DNA of 64,000 nucleotides from positions 167,524,001 through 167,588,000 of the forward strand of contig NC_042997.1 of assembly GCF_006345805.1 (NCBI RefSeq), in the 5' to 3' direction. Below the pieces are notes generated by a model that did not search any database, had not been told where the DNA came from, and saw only the letters and a program-made list of their open reading frames with translations. Numbering within the stretch: the first letter of the stretch is position 1; each line of letters starts with the position of its first letter. Both the position numbers and the translations under genes were made by a program. Source of the stretch: Octopus sinensis (taxonomy: Eukaryota). This document shows positions 63,579 through 64,000 of this stretch, one piece after another.

Positions 63579-63895
63579 ACGGGCTTCTTTCAGTTTCCGT
63601 CTACCAAATCTACGCACAAGGCTTTGGTCGGCCCGAGGCTATAGTAGAAGACAATTGCCCAAGGTGCCACGCAGTGGGACTGAACACGGAACCATGTGGT
63701 TGATAAGCAAGCTACTTACCACACAGCCACTCTTATATATATATATTATACACACACATGCACATGTGATGGACTTCTTTCAATTTCTATGTGCTTAATC
63801 TACTCACAAGGCTTTGGTTGACCCAAGGCTATAGTAGAAGACACTTGCCCAAGGAGCCAGGTAGTTAGGAAGCAAACTTCTTATCATATAGCCAC
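63341..63895 (-). mobile_element. CORE-like SINE plus adjacent partial copy
   Basis: Reverse complement of the 29439-29850 family (63341-63733), then a truncated head at 63786-63895. Confidence 0.88.
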
Positions 63896-64000
63896 ACCTT
63901 ATGTATGCTTATATGCACATATCTCTTATATAAAATCCATTCTCACTGTCTGTGTGTTTGTGTGGCTTCTAGGATCTCGGGCATCCTCTATCCGATTGCA

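Noticed and set aside
4309-63798. Dozens of long ORFs rich in YI/MYVC/HTYI/CV repeats in the ORF track
   Set aside because: They are translations of TA, TATG and CA microsatellites, which lack stop codons; no coding signal.

Overview
AT-rich, repeat-dominated eukaryotic genomic DNA, most likely from an octopus. This is inferred from the tRNA-derived SINE families, RTE, Penelope and Helitron repeats, and very dense TA/TATG/CA microsatellites. There are no prokaryotic features and no CRISPR array, and most listed ORFs are microsatellite artefacts. Recognisable content: decayed mariner and IS630/Tc1-type transposases (the latter split by a spliceosomal intron), several MITE and foldback elements with readable TIRs and TSDs, Helitron pieces, a Penelope RT/GIY-YIG element, a ~3.4 kb RTE LINE with a PHD-finger-like insert, CR1/L2, R4/Dong and Tx1-like LINE fragments, a solo LTR and many SINEs. 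Manual reading also found (i) a phase-consistent five-exon minus-strand gene of tiny exons (13.9-19.3 kb) encoding a 98-aa protein I cannot assign to a family, (ii) four hammerhead ribozyme motifs, and (iii) several long hairpins. All repeat family names come from motif recognition, not database searches.
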